Assembly: GCF_048593235.1 (NCBI RefSeq)
Contig: NC_133618.1
Location: 292,789,882 to 292,853,881 of the forward strand
Direction of reading: 5' to 3'
DNA from: Sminthopsis crassicaudata
Taxonomy: Eukaryota
DNA: 64,000 nt
Shown: positions 62,600 through 64,000 of the stretch, in pieces
Numbering within the stretch: position 1 is the stretch's first letter
How the letters are laid out: each line of letters opens with the position of its first letter
Program-made: the position numbers and the translations under genes
The notes under the pieces: model-generated
Databases searched by the model: none
What the model saw: the letters and a program-made list of their open reading frames with translations, nothing else
Told to the model about the DNA's origin: nothing

Positions 62600-63320
62600 C
62601 ATAATTTTAAATTGCCTTTCAAAATTGTTAAAAAAAAATTCAGAGTTCTACCAACAATGCACTATATTATATGTCTATCTTCCTCAAACTGTTCAAACTA
62701 TCAACTTTTACTATCTTTTATCCTATTTGCCAGTTTGCAGGGTTTAAGATAAAACCTTAGGGTTTTAAAAGTTTTGCATTTTCTTTTACTATGAATGATT
62801 TGAAGCATTCTTTCATGTGGTTGTAAATGCTTTGCAGTTACTCTTGTGAGAATTTTGTTTATATCCTTTGACCATTTAGCAGTTAGGGAATGATTCTTGT
62901 TCCTATATAAATCTGGTAATTATGTGCCTTAGATTCCAAACATTTTTCAAATTATAACCATTTTCCTTATCCTAGATAGATTGCCTGCCCAGAAACGTTT
63001 GAGTTTCACATAAATGAGTCATCTATTTTTGCTTTGGATGTTGCCCATACCTGGGAGAATTTTATGTTTTACTTCTCTTCAGCTTTTTGTCTAGTATACG
63101 CTTTCATACTAACATCATGTAACCATTTTGAATGTAATGTGGAAAGTATTGCAGGGTACCTAATTTGTGCCAGACTGCTTTTCAGTTTTCCTAGCACCCA
63201 CTGTTTTTTTTTTTTTTTTTTTTTTTTCAAAAACTTGATTTAATTGAGATGTGACTAGCCGGAATCTGTTCTTTTGGCCATGGTTTTTTCTTATTTAGAT
63301 TTCTTAGATTTAGATTCTTA
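62600..63320 (-). mobile_element. Old decayed L1 ORF2 fragment
   Basis: tttatatcctttgaccatttagcagttagggaatg; caccattt; gcttttcagttttcctagcac. Confidence 0.6.
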
Positions 63321-64000
63321 TTTTCTATTGATACTCCAGATGCTCAAAAATTTAGCTATAAGTATAGTACTACTGTAATTACAAAATTTTGTAATTTTAT
63401 AGAGGGAATGGCACTTAAAGGCCCCTGAAATATTTGGAACTCTAGTAACAGGCATAATCTCTTTTAGGGTTTATACCTAGATATAGTATAGCATATTACA
63501 AAGAATATGGTACTTGGAAGATCAAATGTTTACTTTTAGCTTTATTGTACACACTAGCTGTGTGACAGTCAGGGCAAATCACTTTAACTTCTCCATGAAC
63601 CTCAATTTCCTTACCTGTTAGGGGAGGATGATAATGTTTGGGAGTTGTGTTAGTCTTGAAGTCAAGATGATGTTATTTCACCTTTAATCTCCTACAGTTG
63701 TGTGACTATGGACAATTCACTTAGCCAGTAAGTGCTCCAGGCAGGTATCTAGAACGATAAATTGCAGAGAAGGTCCAGATGTTCACTAGTAGAGGACTTT
63801 TTCTCACTTGAGCTAGGGTAATAGCTAAATGAGGAAGAGATTAATTAAGGTACACAGATAATGAAGAGTTTTTTTTTTTTTTTTGACTTCTTAGAATTTT
63901 TACAATGTGTTTAAAAAAACCTTTAACTCTCCAGATCCAGAAGTATTCTCAGTCTTCTGAGCTCTCCCTTTCTAATGAGCTCATGTGGGTGTAAACACCC

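Overview
AT-rich, CpG-poor marsupial genomic DNA, probably dasyurid (inferred from tRNA/CORE-type SINEs, RTE-tailed SINEs, marsupial L1 3' UTRs and an OC1-type hAT MITE). The window lies inside one plus-strand gene, TTC7B, and holds four coding exons (exons 2-5 by comparison with the human gene as I recall it: 6439-6593, 14009-14177, 44108-44238, 50380-50501). All have AG/GT boundaries and splice into one open frame. The rest is intron filled with repeats: many mostly antisense L1 3' fragments (three with clear target-site duplications, one with about 1.17 kb of uninterrupted ORF2), L2, CR1/L3, MIR and marsupial SINEs, several hAT MITEs, a decayed 7SL copy and several LTRs. The most unusual object is a 2.8-kb internally deleted class II (betaretrovirus-like) ERV in intron 3 (24514-27316). 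It has gag CA/NC and integrase C-terminal remnants, two tandem repeat arrays, a decayed small ORF, a composite LTR, and a ~31-bp micro-inversion that flipped its 5' TSD and LTR terminus. There are two assembly gaps. I found no prokaryotic-type systems. Repeat family names come from recall, not from a database search, and boundaries of old repeats are approximate.
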